A DNA stretch of 64,000 nt from Acidimicrobiales bacterium (GTDB taxonomy: Bacteria > Actinomycetota > Acidimicrobiia > Acidimicrobiales > SZUA-35). The notes beneath the pieces were generated by a model, which saw nothing but the letters and a program-made list of their open reading frames with translations, did not search any database and had not been told where the DNA came from. The translations under genes were made by a program, and so were the position numbers. Every line of letters starts with the position of its first letter. Within the stretch, counting starts at the first letter, position 1. Below, piece after piece: positions 55,772 through 64,000 of this stretch. The stretch is from contig JAWSVN010000044.1 in assembly GCA_033851875.1 (NCBI GenBank), positions 115 through 64,114 on the forward strand, given 5' to 3'.

Positions 55772-56719
55772 TCAGCGGCGGGCGAAGGCCAGTCGGCGCC
55801 CGACGTCGGCCAACACGGGTTGCACGCCGCTGACCACGCTGCGGAATCGCTCGACCGGGTCGGAGGCCTCGGTGTGTAGCCGCGAGAGGCGCAGGTGCGA
55901 TCCATCGAGTGTGGTCAGGCGGTGGTCGTGCAGCACGGCGACCTCGTAGCCGAGCGCCTCGAGCTCGGCCTCGGACACGGGATCGTGGTTGCCGTTCGGA
56001 TAGGCGAAGATCGGTCGCCAGTCCTCCACGTGATCGCGGAGCCAACGATCGGCCTGTCGGACCTGGTCGCGCTGCAATGCCGCTTGGGCCTGATCGAGAC
56101 AGGGATGGTCCCAGGTGTGGTTGCCGACGTGGTGGCCCGCCGCAACCCACCGCTGGAGATCGTCGACCGTCATCTGTGCGCGCACTGGCTCGTCGGTGGT
56201 GCGCTGGAGGCACAGCACGACCTTGCGCCGCTCGTCGTCGGGCAGCGACTTGAGGTGCTCTTGCGCCTCGGACACCGAGGCGAAACGGCGGCCGAGCGCT
56301 GCCGAGGCGCGGGCAGCCCCTGCATCCTCGACCACCCGCCACCACGATCGGGTGCCGGCCTCGATCAGGCCCGGGCACACGAAGAGCGTGGCGCTGACGC
56401 CGTGCCGTTCGAGCACGGGGAGCCCCATGTCGACGACCGACGGGTCGCCGTCATCGAAGGTGACCCAGACCGCACCCGGCGGCAGGCTCGGCCCGCCGTT
56501 GGCGGCGTCGAGCACCGCAGGTGCGTCGACGACGGGCGCATGGGCCACCAGCCATTCGAGCTGACGATCGAAGGCCTCGGCGTCGTCGACGGTGTGGTAG
56601 CTGAGCACGCGCAGCGGCGCCCGGACGAGTCGGAATCCGACGTTCGCAGCCAGCGGCGATCGCAGTGCGAGCTTGGCCAGCGACGCGCCGGCGCCGACGA
56701 TCTGCGCCGCCGCGCTCAC
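55772..56719 (-). CDS. polysaccharide deacetylase (CE4 / NodB-type)
   Basis: Start chosen at GTG 56719. 'VTFDDGDPS', 'GVSATLFV' and 'HHVGNHTWDHP' are NodB motifs. Confidence 0.82.
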   Translation of the reverse strand: MSAAAQIVGAGASLAKLALRSPLAANVGFRLVRAPLRVLSYHTVDDAEAFDRQLEWLVAHAPVVDAPAVLDAANGGPSLPPGAVWVTFDDGDPSVVDMGLPVLERHGVSATLFVCPGLIEAGTRSWWRVVEDAGAARASAALGRRFASVSEAQEHLKSLPDDERRKVVLCLQRTTDEPVRAQMTVDDLQRWVAAGHHVGNHTWDHPCLDQAQAALQRDQVRQADRWLRDHVEDWRPIFAYPNGNHDPVSEAELEALGYEVAVLHDHRLTTLDGSHLRLSRLHTEASDPVERFRSVVSGVQPVLADVGRRLAFARR

Positions 56720-56729
56720 CGCTGGTCGC

Positions 56730-57689
56730 TCACAGTTCCAACACGACGACGCCGCGATCCAACAGTTCGAGCGCCGCCTCACGATCGTCGCCCTCGAGAA
56801 CGGCGACCGGCACCGAACCGGCTCGCATGAGCCGACGCATGAACGCGACCGAGCCCTCGTCGAGGCGGGCGGCACACGACCCGTCGACGAACCTGGCCTG
56901 GACGTGGAGCTGCCCGCCCGGAAAGAACTCCTCGGTTCGCAACCCGACGACGAGGGGCGAAAGCGACAGCGTGGCGCTGTCGATCTGGCCGCGTTCGCGC
57001 ACATCGGACGTGTGGGCGAGCGCCGCCGAGGTGTCCGGATCCTCACCCAGCGGGTCGAGGCCGATCTCGTTGAACTTGAGATAGAGCACGGCGGTCGAGG
57101 CCGGTCGGAACCGCTCGTGGTAGATCTCCGCGCCTCGGAAGGCCACGAAGTCGCCGGGCCGCATGTCGACGGTCACCGGCTCGATGCCCTCGACCACGTT
57201 CTCGGGCAGTTCGGCCGTCGGCCGGGAGTCGCGCCACTCCGCCGAGGTCGGGTAGAAGTTGAAGCTGGTGTCGACGTTCGGCCACAGGACGAGTCGCGAG
57301 TCGTCGGGCACCCGAATCGCGAAACCAAGGGTGAACGTCGAAGCGCCACGGTCCTTGTGGGGCGGCGGGAAGTCGTCGGCGTCGGGCGAATAGACCTTGA
57401 CGTGTCGCTCGGAAAGCGTCACCCGTTCGGGGTCCATCCCTGTGACGGCCGCCACCTCGGCTTTGAGCCGCGCGAGCATCAGTCCGTCGGGCAGCTCCCA
57501 CAGGAACTGCGCCTTCTTCCCCGGGAACCGCCACGACGACAGGTCACCGCCGTCCCCTGCCAGGAACGCCTCGGTCTCGGCTCGGAGCGCCTCCATCAAC
57601 GGCGCACTGATCCCGGCCGACCGGTGGATCCAACCGTTGTCGGCCAGCTCGGCCGCCGCTTCGGCGTGATCGAAATCGAATACGGACAT
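56730..57689 (-). CDS. hypothetical protein, probable Fe(II)/2-oxoglutarate-oxygenase-like (cupin) fold with ~85-aa C-terminal extension
   Basis: Candidate HxD...H facial triad: 'PPHKDRG' and 'GDFVAFRGAEIYHERF'. Start at ATG 57689 is preceded by GAGG. Upstream in-frame starts exist up to 57833. Confidence 0.45.
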   Translation of the reverse strand: MSVFDFDHAEAAAELADNGWIHRSAGISAPLMEALRAETEAFLAGDGGDLSSWRFPGKKAQFLWELPDGLMLARLKAEVAAVTGMDPERVTLSERHVKVYSPDADDFPPPHKDRGASTFTLGFAIRVPDDSRLVLWPNVDTSFNFYPTSAEWRDSRPTAELPENVVEGIEPVTVDMRPGDFVAFRGAEIYHERFRPASTAVLYLKFNEIGLDPLGEDPDTSAALAHTSDVRERGQIDSATLSLSPLVVGLRTEEFFPGGQLHVQARFVDGSCAARLDEGSVAFMRRLMRAGSVPVAVLEGDDREAALELLDRGVVVLEL

Positions 57690-57990
57690 GGATGTGACCT
57701 CGTGCACCATGGTGCCAGCCACTTCTTGGGACATCGGCATCGCCGTCATCCGCCTTTCTGGTTCCCTCACTCGGTACAGCATCCGCCGCTGGACCGATGA
57801 CGAGAGTTTCCCACCGGGTCGTTCAGAACTCAAGGACCCAAGTCATATTTGCCTTCGAGACGTGCCGGATTGCCCTGGGATCGGGCGACGGCGAAGTGCA
57901 ATACTCTGGGACGACCCGAACGGCGCCCGGCGCCTCGGGACACAACGGGAGGCCTGGCGGGCCTCGACCCGAAGCGGAGGGAGCGACGGA

Positions 57991-59118
57991 GTGAAGATCG
58001 GCTTGGTCGGCGCGGGCTACGTGTCGGACTTCTATGCGTCCACACTGCCGCTCCACCCGGAACTGGAGATCACCGGCGTGCACGACCGGTGCCACGAACG
58101 AGGCGACGCGATGGCCGAGCGGCTCGGCGCGGTGGCCCATCAGACCCTCGAGCGCCTGCTCTCGAGCGGCGACGTCGACGTCGTGGTCAATCTCACGAAC
58201 CCCGGCAGCCACGAGTCGGTGACCCGCGCGGCACTCGAAGCCGGGATCCACGTCTACAGCGAGAAGCCGCTCGCGTCCTCGATGGAGGCGGCTCGCGACC
58301 TCGCCGAGCTCGCCGCCTCGCGCGACCTGCACCTGGTGTCGGCCCCGTGCTCCCTGCTCGGGGAGACGGCGCAGACCCTCGGCCAGTTGCTGCGCCGCGA
58401 GACCGTCGGAACCGTGCGGGCCGTCTACGCGGAGATGGATGACGGGATGCTCCACCGGATGGACTTCCGCAGCTGGCGCAACAGCATGGGCCTGCCGTGG
58501 CCGTACCGGGACGAGATCGCGGTCGGATGCACTGCCGAGCACGCCGGCTACTACCTGCCCTGGCTCGTCGCATTCTTCGGGCCGGCGGTCGAGGTCACGG
58601 CCTTCGCCTCGGTGCAGGTGCCCGACAAGGTGGTCGGCGAGGACTTCGACGAGGTCGGGCCCGACCTCACGATCGGCTGCATCCGCTTCGAGAGCGGTGT
58701 GGTCGCCCGGCTGACCTGCAGCGTGGTCGCCCCCCACGACCACTCCCTCCGCATCATGGGTGATCGAGGGGTCCTGAGTGTCGAGGACTGTTGGGACTAT
58801 CGCTCGCCGATCAAGAGCCGGATGTGGAGGACGATTCGCCGTCGCACGATCCTCACGCCAGTCCCTCGCCGCCACAAGCTCGCCGAGTCGGGCGCCCCGA
58901 GGGCGAAGACCGGCAGCGTGGCGAGCATGGACTACTGGCGCGGCGTCGCCGATCTCGCCGACGCCATCGCCGCCGACCGGACGCCCCGACTCTCGACCGA
59001 GCTCGGCCTCCACATCCAGGAGCTGACGATGGCGATCGAGTCCGGCGGGTTCGGCCGTGGCGTCCACTCGATGACGACGACGTGCGAGGTTCCCGAGCCG
59101 ATGCCTTGGGCGCGATGA
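57991..59118 (+). CDS. Gfo/Idh/MocA family oxidoreductase
   Basis: GTG 57991 is preceded by GGAGGGAG. 'KIGLVGAGYVS' Rossmann motif and 'VYSEKPLA'. Confidence 0.85.
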   Translation: MKIGLVGAGYVSDFYASTLPLHPELEITGVHDRCHERGDAMAERLGAVAHQTLERLLSSGDVDVVVNLTNPGSHESVTRAALEAGIHVYSEKPLASSMEAARDLAELAASRDLHLVSAPCSLLGETAQTLGQLLRRETVGTVRAVYAEMDDGMLHRMDFRSWRNSMGLPWPYRDEIAVGCTAEHAGYYLPWLVAFFGPAVEVTAFASVQVPDKVVGEDFDEVGPDLTIGCIRFESGVVARLTCSVVAPHDHSLRIMGDRGVLSVEDCWDYRSPIKSRMWRTIRRRTILTPVPRRHKLAESGAPRAKTGSVASMDYWRGVADLADAIAADRTPRLSTELGLHIQELTMAIESGGFGRGVHSMTTTCEVPEPMPWAR

Positions 59119-60224
59119 CCGAGGCCCCACCACCGGTGCGGTTCGGCACCGTGGGCACGGGCGCGGCGGCCGGGCAGCTCGCGGCCGACATCGCGCTCGT
59201 CGAGGGCGCCGAGCTGGTCGCGGTCGCCTCGCGCCGCCCGTCGACCGGACGCGTCTTCGCGGAGGCCTGGGGGGTGCCGGGGCCGATGAGCTTCGACGAA
59301 CTGCTCGCAGACCCGACGATCGACGTGGTCCATCTCGCGACGCCCAACCATCTGCACGTCCCCCAGGCCCTTGCCTGTATCGCCGCCGGCAAGCACGTAC
59401 TGGTCGAGAAGCCGTTGGCAACCTCGGCCGACGATGCGCGCAAGGTCGGCGACGCCGCCGCTGCCGCCGGGGTCTTCTGCATGGAGGGCATGTGGACGCT
59501 CTTCCTGCCGGCGATCACCGATCTCCTCGAGCGGGTGGGTGACGACCGGATCGGTCTGGTCCGGCATCTCCACTGCGAGTTCGCCCAGCCGATCCGCCGC
59601 GAGGTCGGTGCTGCCCGCTTCGATCCATCGAAGGGCGGCGGCGTCCTCCTCGATCGGGCGATCTACGGGGTGGCGCTGGCGGTCCGGCTCCTCGGTACGC
59701 CCACGTCGGTCTCGAGCTTGGTGCATCAGGGTTCGAGCGGCGTCGACGAGTTCGCTTCGGTGTTGCTGGGCTACCCCGACGGCGCGGCGGCCACGATCGT
59801 CGCCTCGTTCGGGCACGAGGGCCGCAACGTCGCTCGCGTCGCCGGGACCGCCGGCACCCTCGAGGCCGGTCGCCCCTTCGTCCGTGCCACGTCGCTCAGT
59901 GAGACCCGCTCGATCGTGCGAACCGAGCCCGCGACCGTCGCCGCACCCGACTGGCGCTCGCGACTCGGGCACCGATCGATCGTCGCCGCCGCGCGTGCAC
60001 GGGTGACCGAAGTCCGTTGGCGCCGTCGGGCCCAGATCACACACCACCCGATCGTCGGTGTCGGGACCCATCACCAGATCGCCGAGGTCGTGCGGTGCCT
60101 CACGGTCGGTTCGCCGACGAGCGCCGACTGGTCGCTGGCCGACACCGTGACAGCGAGCGAGATCCTCGACCAGGTCCGGGTCACCGGCCACCGCACGATG
60201 TCCCGGACCGAGGAGACCCGATGA
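59115..60224 (+). CDS. Gfo/Idh/MocA family oxidoreductase
   Basis: ATGA overlap with the upstream stop. 'VRFGTVGTGAAA' and 'VLVEKPLA' motifs. Confidence 0.85.
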   Translation: MTEAPPPVRFGTVGTGAAAGQLAADIALVEGAELVAVASRRPSTGRVFAEAWGVPGPMSFDELLADPTIDVVHLATPNHLHVPQALACIAAGKHVLVEKPLATSADDARKVGDAAAAAGVFCMEGMWTLFLPAITDLLERVGDDRIGLVRHLHCEFAQPIRREVGAARFDPSKGGGVLLDRAIYGVALAVRLLGTPTSVSSLVHQGSSGVDEFASVLLGYPDGAAATIVASFGHEGRNVARVAGTAGTLEAGRPFVRATSLSETRSIVRTEPATVAAPDWRSRLGHRSIVAAARARVTEVRWRRRAQITHHPIVGVGTHHQIAEVVRCLTVGSPTSADWSLADTVTASEILDQVRVTGHRTMSRTEETR

Positions 60225-61489
60225 CGAACGCCGCCGAAGCCGCCGTCCGCATCGGCTACGTGATGACGCACTATCCGCGCCACTCACAGACCTTCCTTTT
60301 CAACGAGGTCGCGACGGTCGCGGACGGCGCCACCGAGATCGTGCCCTACAGCCTCAACCCGCCCGACCCCGGCGACGTCGAGCTCCCCGACGAGCTGAGC
60401 GAGCGCGACCGTACCTTCTACGTCAAGGCCCAGTCGCCGGTGCGGATCGCGATGGCCGTGCTCCGCACCGCACGGCGACATCCTGGCCGGTTCGTCGAGG
60501 CGCTCGGAGTCGCCGTGCGGTTCGGTGGCCTCGATGCCCGCCTCCTCGCATGGACGCTGTTCCAGCTCGCCGAGGCCTGTGTGCTGGTCGAGCGCGTGCG
60601 AGACGACGGGTGTCGGCACCTCCACGCGCAATTCGGTGGCCCGACCGCGACGGTCTGCCTCCTCGTCCATCTGCTCGACGGGGACGCCGACCGGCCGATC
60701 TCGTGGTCGTTCACCGTGCACGGCTACCACGAGTTCACCGAGGAGAAGCAGATCCATCTGCCCCAGAAGGTCCGCCAGGCCTCGTTCGTGAGCGGCGTGA
60801 GCGATCACACGAGATCGCAGCTGATGCGGATCTCCGCTCCGGAGGTGTGGGAGCGGCTCCACGTCGCTCGCTGCGGCGTCGATCTCGACGCCTTCGAGTT
60901 CCACCCGCCGGCGGTTCGGACGGGCGACGGGCTCCGGGTCTTGTCGGTCGGGCGGCTGTCACCCGAGAAGGGCCAGCACCTCTTGGTCGACGCCGCCGCG
61001 CTGCTCGCTCGTCGGGGACGCCGCGACATCACGATGGTCTTCGTCGGCGACGGCCCCAGCCGGAGCGACCTCGAGCGACGAGCCGCAGGGCTGGGCGACC
61101 AGGTCGAGTTCCTCGGTGCCAAGGATCTCGACGAGGTCCGAGCCGAGCTCGGCCGATCGGACGCCTTCTGTTTGGCCTCGTTCGCCGAGGGCATCCCCAT
61201 CTCGATCATGGAGGCGTTCGCCGTCGGGGTCCCCGTCGTGGCGACCGATGTGGGCGGGGTGTCGGAGCTCGTGGTCGACGGGGTCACCGGCCGCCTCGTG
61301 CCGCCCGGCAGCGCCGACGCGCTCGCCGACGCGCTCGAACGCCTCGCCGATGACCCGGACGGGGCGATCGAGATGACCAAGGCGGCGCGCCGCGGGGTCG
61401 AAGAGCGTCACGACCTCACCGTCACCTCGACGGCGATGCGGGCGCTGTTGCGAGCCGCCGCCCTCGACCCGGTCAGCAGCCCCGACTGA
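60221..61489 (+). CDS. glycosyltransferase family 4 (WcaL-like paralogue of 49963..51225)
   Basis: ATGA overlap with the upstream stop. 'IGYVMTHYPRHSQTFLFNEV', 'SVGRLSPEKG' and 'EGIPISIMEAFAVGVPVVATDVGGVSELV'. Confidence 0.85.
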   Translation: MTNAAEAAVRIGYVMTHYPRHSQTFLFNEVATVADGATEIVPYSLNPPDPGDVELPDELSERDRTFYVKAQSPVRIAMAVLRTARRHPGRFVEALGVAVRFGGLDARLLAWTLFQLAEACVLVERVRDDGCRHLHAQFGGPTATVCLLVHLLDGDADRPISWSFTVHGYHEFTEEKQIHLPQKVRQASFVSGVSDHTRSQLMRISAPEVWERLHVARCGVDLDAFEFHPPAVRTGDGLRVLSVGRLSPEKGQHLLVDAAALLARRGRRDITMVFVGDGPSRSDLERRAAGLGDQVEFLGAKDLDEVRAELGRSDAFCLASFAEGIPISIMEAFAVGVPVVATDVGGVSELVVDGVTGRLVPPGSADALADALERLADDPDGAIEMTKAARRGVEERHDLTVTSTAMRALLRAAALDPVSSPD

Positions 61490-61543
61490 CGTCGACGCCG
61501 GATCGTCTGCGCCGGCAGCGGTTCCGGGCTCCTTCGACGGCCG

Positions 61544-62146
61544 TCAGCGACGAACGGCGGTGAGCACCATCGATCGCCACAGGTAGCGGAAACGCCCGGC
61601 GCCCATGACGGTGTCGACGCTGAACCCCTCCGCTTCGACCAGCTCGGTCAGGGTGTCGGGCGAGAAGAACTTGATGTGGCCCCCGTCGTGCAGCGGCTCG
61701 AGGTGACCATCCCAACTCCCGCTCAGCGCGAGCGCCAGGTTCTTCCAGTAGCCGTGGTAGGGGGTGGTGATCACCAGCGGCCGACCGGCCGACAGCAGCT
61801 TGGCAGCCAGCTGTGGAACGGCGGCGGGGGTGAACAGGTGCTCGATGACCTCCGCGCACACGACGGCATCGAAGTCGCCGAGCATGGGGTCGGGGTCGTC
61901 GTAGACCGAGGCTTGATGAAACTCGCCGCCCCATTGCCGACTCAGTTCCACGCCGTCCGCGTCGGGTTCGATTCCGACGACGTCGAAGCCCGCCTCGCGG
62001 AGCTGGTAGGTCAGCGACCCGTTCCCGCTCCCGACGTCGAGCACGCGCTGCGCGTCGTAGCGCCGCAGTTCGTTGACCAGTGGTTCGATGATGTCGGCGT
62101 GGTGCGCACACTGATTGGCTCCGCGCCAGCCGAATTGGGTTGTCAT
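61544..62146 (-). CDS. class I SAM-dependent methyltransferase
   Basis: Internal ATG 62146. 'VLDVGSGNGSLT' is motif I. 'FDAVVCAEVIEHL' follows. Confidence 0.85.
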   Translation of the reverse strand: MTTQFGWRGANQCAHHADIIEPLVNELRRYDAQRVLDVGSGNGSLTYQLREAGFDVVGIEPDADGVELSRQWGGEFHQASVYDDPDPMLGDFDAVVCAEVIEHLFTPAAVPQLAAKLLSAGRPLVITTPYHGYWKNLALALSGSWDGHLEPLHDGGHIKFFSPDTLTELVEAEGFSVDTVMGAGRFRYLWRSMVLTAVRR

Positions 62147-62226
62147 CACGCTGTCGTTCCCTCCGCTTCCGCCAGCTTGATGCTGCCCAGGGTAGCCGAC
62201 ACGCCCGAACCGGTTGCCTCGGCCGT

Positions 62227-63522
62227 TCAGCCCACCCGGCGGAGCGCTCCGACCCGCTCGCCGGTGGGTCGGACAGCCCTGGTCTCGGACGAGTCCGCCG
62301 CGTGCTCGGTCGCACGATCGAGTGGCGCCTCGGTCGCCGGGGAGCCTGCGCCACGATGCAACACGTCCTCCTCCGACCCATCGCGAAGCTGCTCGATCTC
62401 GGTGAGTCGCTTGTTGAACTGACGGAAACGCGTGCCGCGAGCGTCGTCGTAGGCCTTCTGAGCCGACTCGAGGCCGCGTCCCACCTTGTCCATCGACTGG
62501 CCGAGCCGGTCCCACTGATCGCGGAGGCCGCCGATCGCGGCGAGGATCTCGTCGCTGCGTCGCTCGACCATGAAGTTGTCGACCGCCTGACGGATGACGG
62601 CGAGCACGGCGAACAGGCTGGTCGGCGAGCACAGCACCACCTTCTGGGAGAGGGCGGCGTCGACCAGGCCGGGGTCGTGCTCGTGGATGAAGCCGTAGAC
62701 GCTCTCGTTGGGGATGAACAACAGGAGGTAGTCGACGGTGGTGGCGGGGTCGATGTAGGCGCGATCGGTGAGCTCCTTCACCCGCTGGCGCACATCGCGC
62801 CCGAACTGCTTGGCGAAGGCCTGGCGGTCGGTGTCGGACCCGGCGTCGAGCCAGCGCAGGTAATTGTCGATCGGGAACTTCACGTCCATGTGGACGGCGT
62901 GGCCCATCGGCAAGTCGAACGAGTAGTCCGGGATCCCGCCGCCCGCGAGCTTCTGCTGCTTGACGTAGTTGACACCCTCGACGAAGCCCGCCGTGCGCAA
63001 CACGTCCTCGGCCATGCGCTCGCCCCACTGGCCTCGCGCCTTCGGCGAGGCCAGGGCATCCCGCAGGGTGACCGTGGTGTCGGTGAGGGCCGCCGTGGCG
63101 GCGACCGCCTGCTCGAGCCGGGCGGCGATCGCGCCGTTCTGCTCGGCCCGCTCCGCCTGCAGCGAGGCGACCAGCTCGGTCACCCGGCGGAGTTCGCCGT
63201 GGACGTGGCGTACCTGCTCACCCACCACCTCGTGCTCGCGGTCGATCACCTGCTTGCCGGCGGCGAGCTGGTCGCCGAGCTTCGACGACGCCACCGACAG
63301 CACCGTGTCGACCGTCTGCTGGAGCGACTCGGCCCGCTCGGCGCGAACCGCACTGCGGGCGGCGTCGAGGGCCGCTGCGACGACGGCTTCCCGCTCGGCT
63401 TCGAGTTGCTCACTCGGGAGCGACGGCGCGCCGGCCGTCGCTTGGCGTTGGGCGACCAGGAGGCCGACGAGCAGGCCGGCGGCGAGCACGAGAACGATGA
63501 GGACGATGGTGGGGATGACCAT
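62227..63522 (-). CDS. rmuC: DNA recombination protein RmuC
   Basis: N-terminal TM segment, a coiled coil, and the C-terminal RmuC domain 'RGQWGE..L..VL...G', 'PDYSFDLP', 'VHMDVKFP', 'LLFIPNESVY'. Start is ATG 63522 or 63552. Confidence 0.88.
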   Translation of the reverse strand: MVIPTIVLIVLVLAAGLLVGLLVAQRQATAGAPSLPSEQLEAEREAVVAAALDAARSAVRAERAESLQQTVDTVLSVASSKLGDQLAAGKQVIDREHEVVGEQVRHVHGELRRVTELVASLQAERAEQNGAIAARLEQAVAATAALTDTTVTLRDALASPKARGQWGERMAEDVLRTAGFVEGVNYVKQQKLAGGGIPDYSFDLPMGHAVHMDVKFPIDNYLRWLDAGSDTDRQAFAKQFGRDVRQRVKELTDRAYIDPATTVDYLLLFIPNESVYGFIHEHDPGLVDAALSQKVVLCSPTSLFAVLAVIRQAVDNFMVERRSDEILAAIGGLRDQWDRLGQSMDKVGRGLESAQKAYDDARGTRFRQFNKRLTEIEQLRDGSEEDVLHRGAGSPATEAPLDRATEHAADSSETRAVRPTGERVGALRRVG

Positions 63523-63615
63523 GGGTGAGAACGTACGCACGCCCTGTGACACTCATCGGCGATATGGGTCGGTCTCCCCCTTCCACCCACCGGGCCGGCT
63601 GTGTTCGCTGGCCCC

Positions 63616-64000
63616 ATGCCAACCGTGCTGATCCACCCCACCCGCGTCCAGGAGCTCGCCGTCCGGTTGCGGGTGGGAGCCGACTGTCTGGACCTGGTGA
63701 GCACCTCGGTCGCCCACGCTGCGCGAACGGTCGACCTGTCGAGCACCACGACCTGGCACGCCGAGGACCGGGCCGACCGGTTCCGCCGAGCCGCCATCGG
63801 TCTCGACGACGCGGCCGAGCGGATCCTCGGGTTCGATCTCGAGGTCGACGAACGCGGGCGGCACCTGCCGGAGAGCGCCGGCCTGTTCACCCGGCTGTCG
63901 GCCGTCATCGCGATGAACGTGCCCCTCCTCGGGCTCCACGGCGACCCCGGGGAGACGCTTCGTCCCTCGTGGCGGGGCGACCTGCCGGCCGCGTCGACCG
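63616..64000 (+). CDS. hypothetical protein, 5' partial (runs off the window)
   Basis: Open frame from ATG 63616 to the window end with strong third-position G/C bias. Not in the ORF track because it has no stop in the window. Confidence 0.5.
   Translation, partial: MPTVLIHPTRVQELAVRLRVGADCLDLVSTSVAHAARTVDLSSTTTWHAEDRADRFRRAAIGLDDAAERILGFDLEVDERGRHLPESAGLFTRLSAVIAMNVPLLGLHGDPGETLRPSWRGDLPAAST

Noticed and set aside
57290-57330. 'HKD' read as a phospholipase-D motif in the 56730..57689 protein
   Set aside because: Only one contiguous H-K-D occurs, without the HxK(x)4D spacing or a second copy. The surrounding beta-rich context fits a cupin-type HxD metal site better.

Overview
Very high-G+C (judged by eye, not computed), almost fully coding chromosomal segment of actinobacterial type. 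Positions 1-40150 carry, mostly on the minus strand, the conserved housekeeping neighbourhood metG-tatD-rpf-rsmA-ispE / bS22 / tRNA-Gln / glmU-like-prs-rplY-pth / mfd / mazG / eno-ftsB-DUF501-ppx. From memory this matches the M. tuberculosis Rv1007c-Rv1026 region. Three accessory blocks interrupt it. (i) 7533-13820: small and medium subunits of a molybdenum hydroxylase plus XdhC/MocA/CoxG maturation genes and a GGDEF-EAL protein, but no catalytic large subunit. (ii) 15751-20035: a secreted 7xFN3 + DUF4214-repeat protein, divergent from a cytoplasmic polyproline protein. (iii) 21464-27051: mixed small enzymes and lipoproteins. Positions 40199-62146 are a ~22 kb Wzx/Wzy-type surface-glycan locus with a priming phosphoglycosyltransferase, Wzz-like, Wzy-like and Wzx-like proteins, two GT4, one GT26, two Gfo/Idh/MocA oxidoreductases, a CE4 deacetylase, an EEP phosphoesterase, an oxygenase-like protein and a methyltransferase. 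At its head sits an unusual module: a Walker-A-degenerate NTPase-like protein, an RraA-like protein, two ATP-grasp ligases and an Ldh_2 dehydrogenase. This module is my best candidate for an undescribed system, a glycan-decorating pathway, but the function is inference only. Other points worth a second look are a truncated, motif-degenerate GlmU homologue at the syntenic glmU position and a 32-aa bS22 gene missing from the ORF track. I saw no transposase, integrase, CRISPR array or rRNA. Many long ORFs in the track are antisense or out-of-frame shadows typical of high-GC DNA and were rejected. The track appears to render GTG/TTG starts as M. Several starts below are my own choices, made from homology onset, SD-like sequences and start/stop overlaps.
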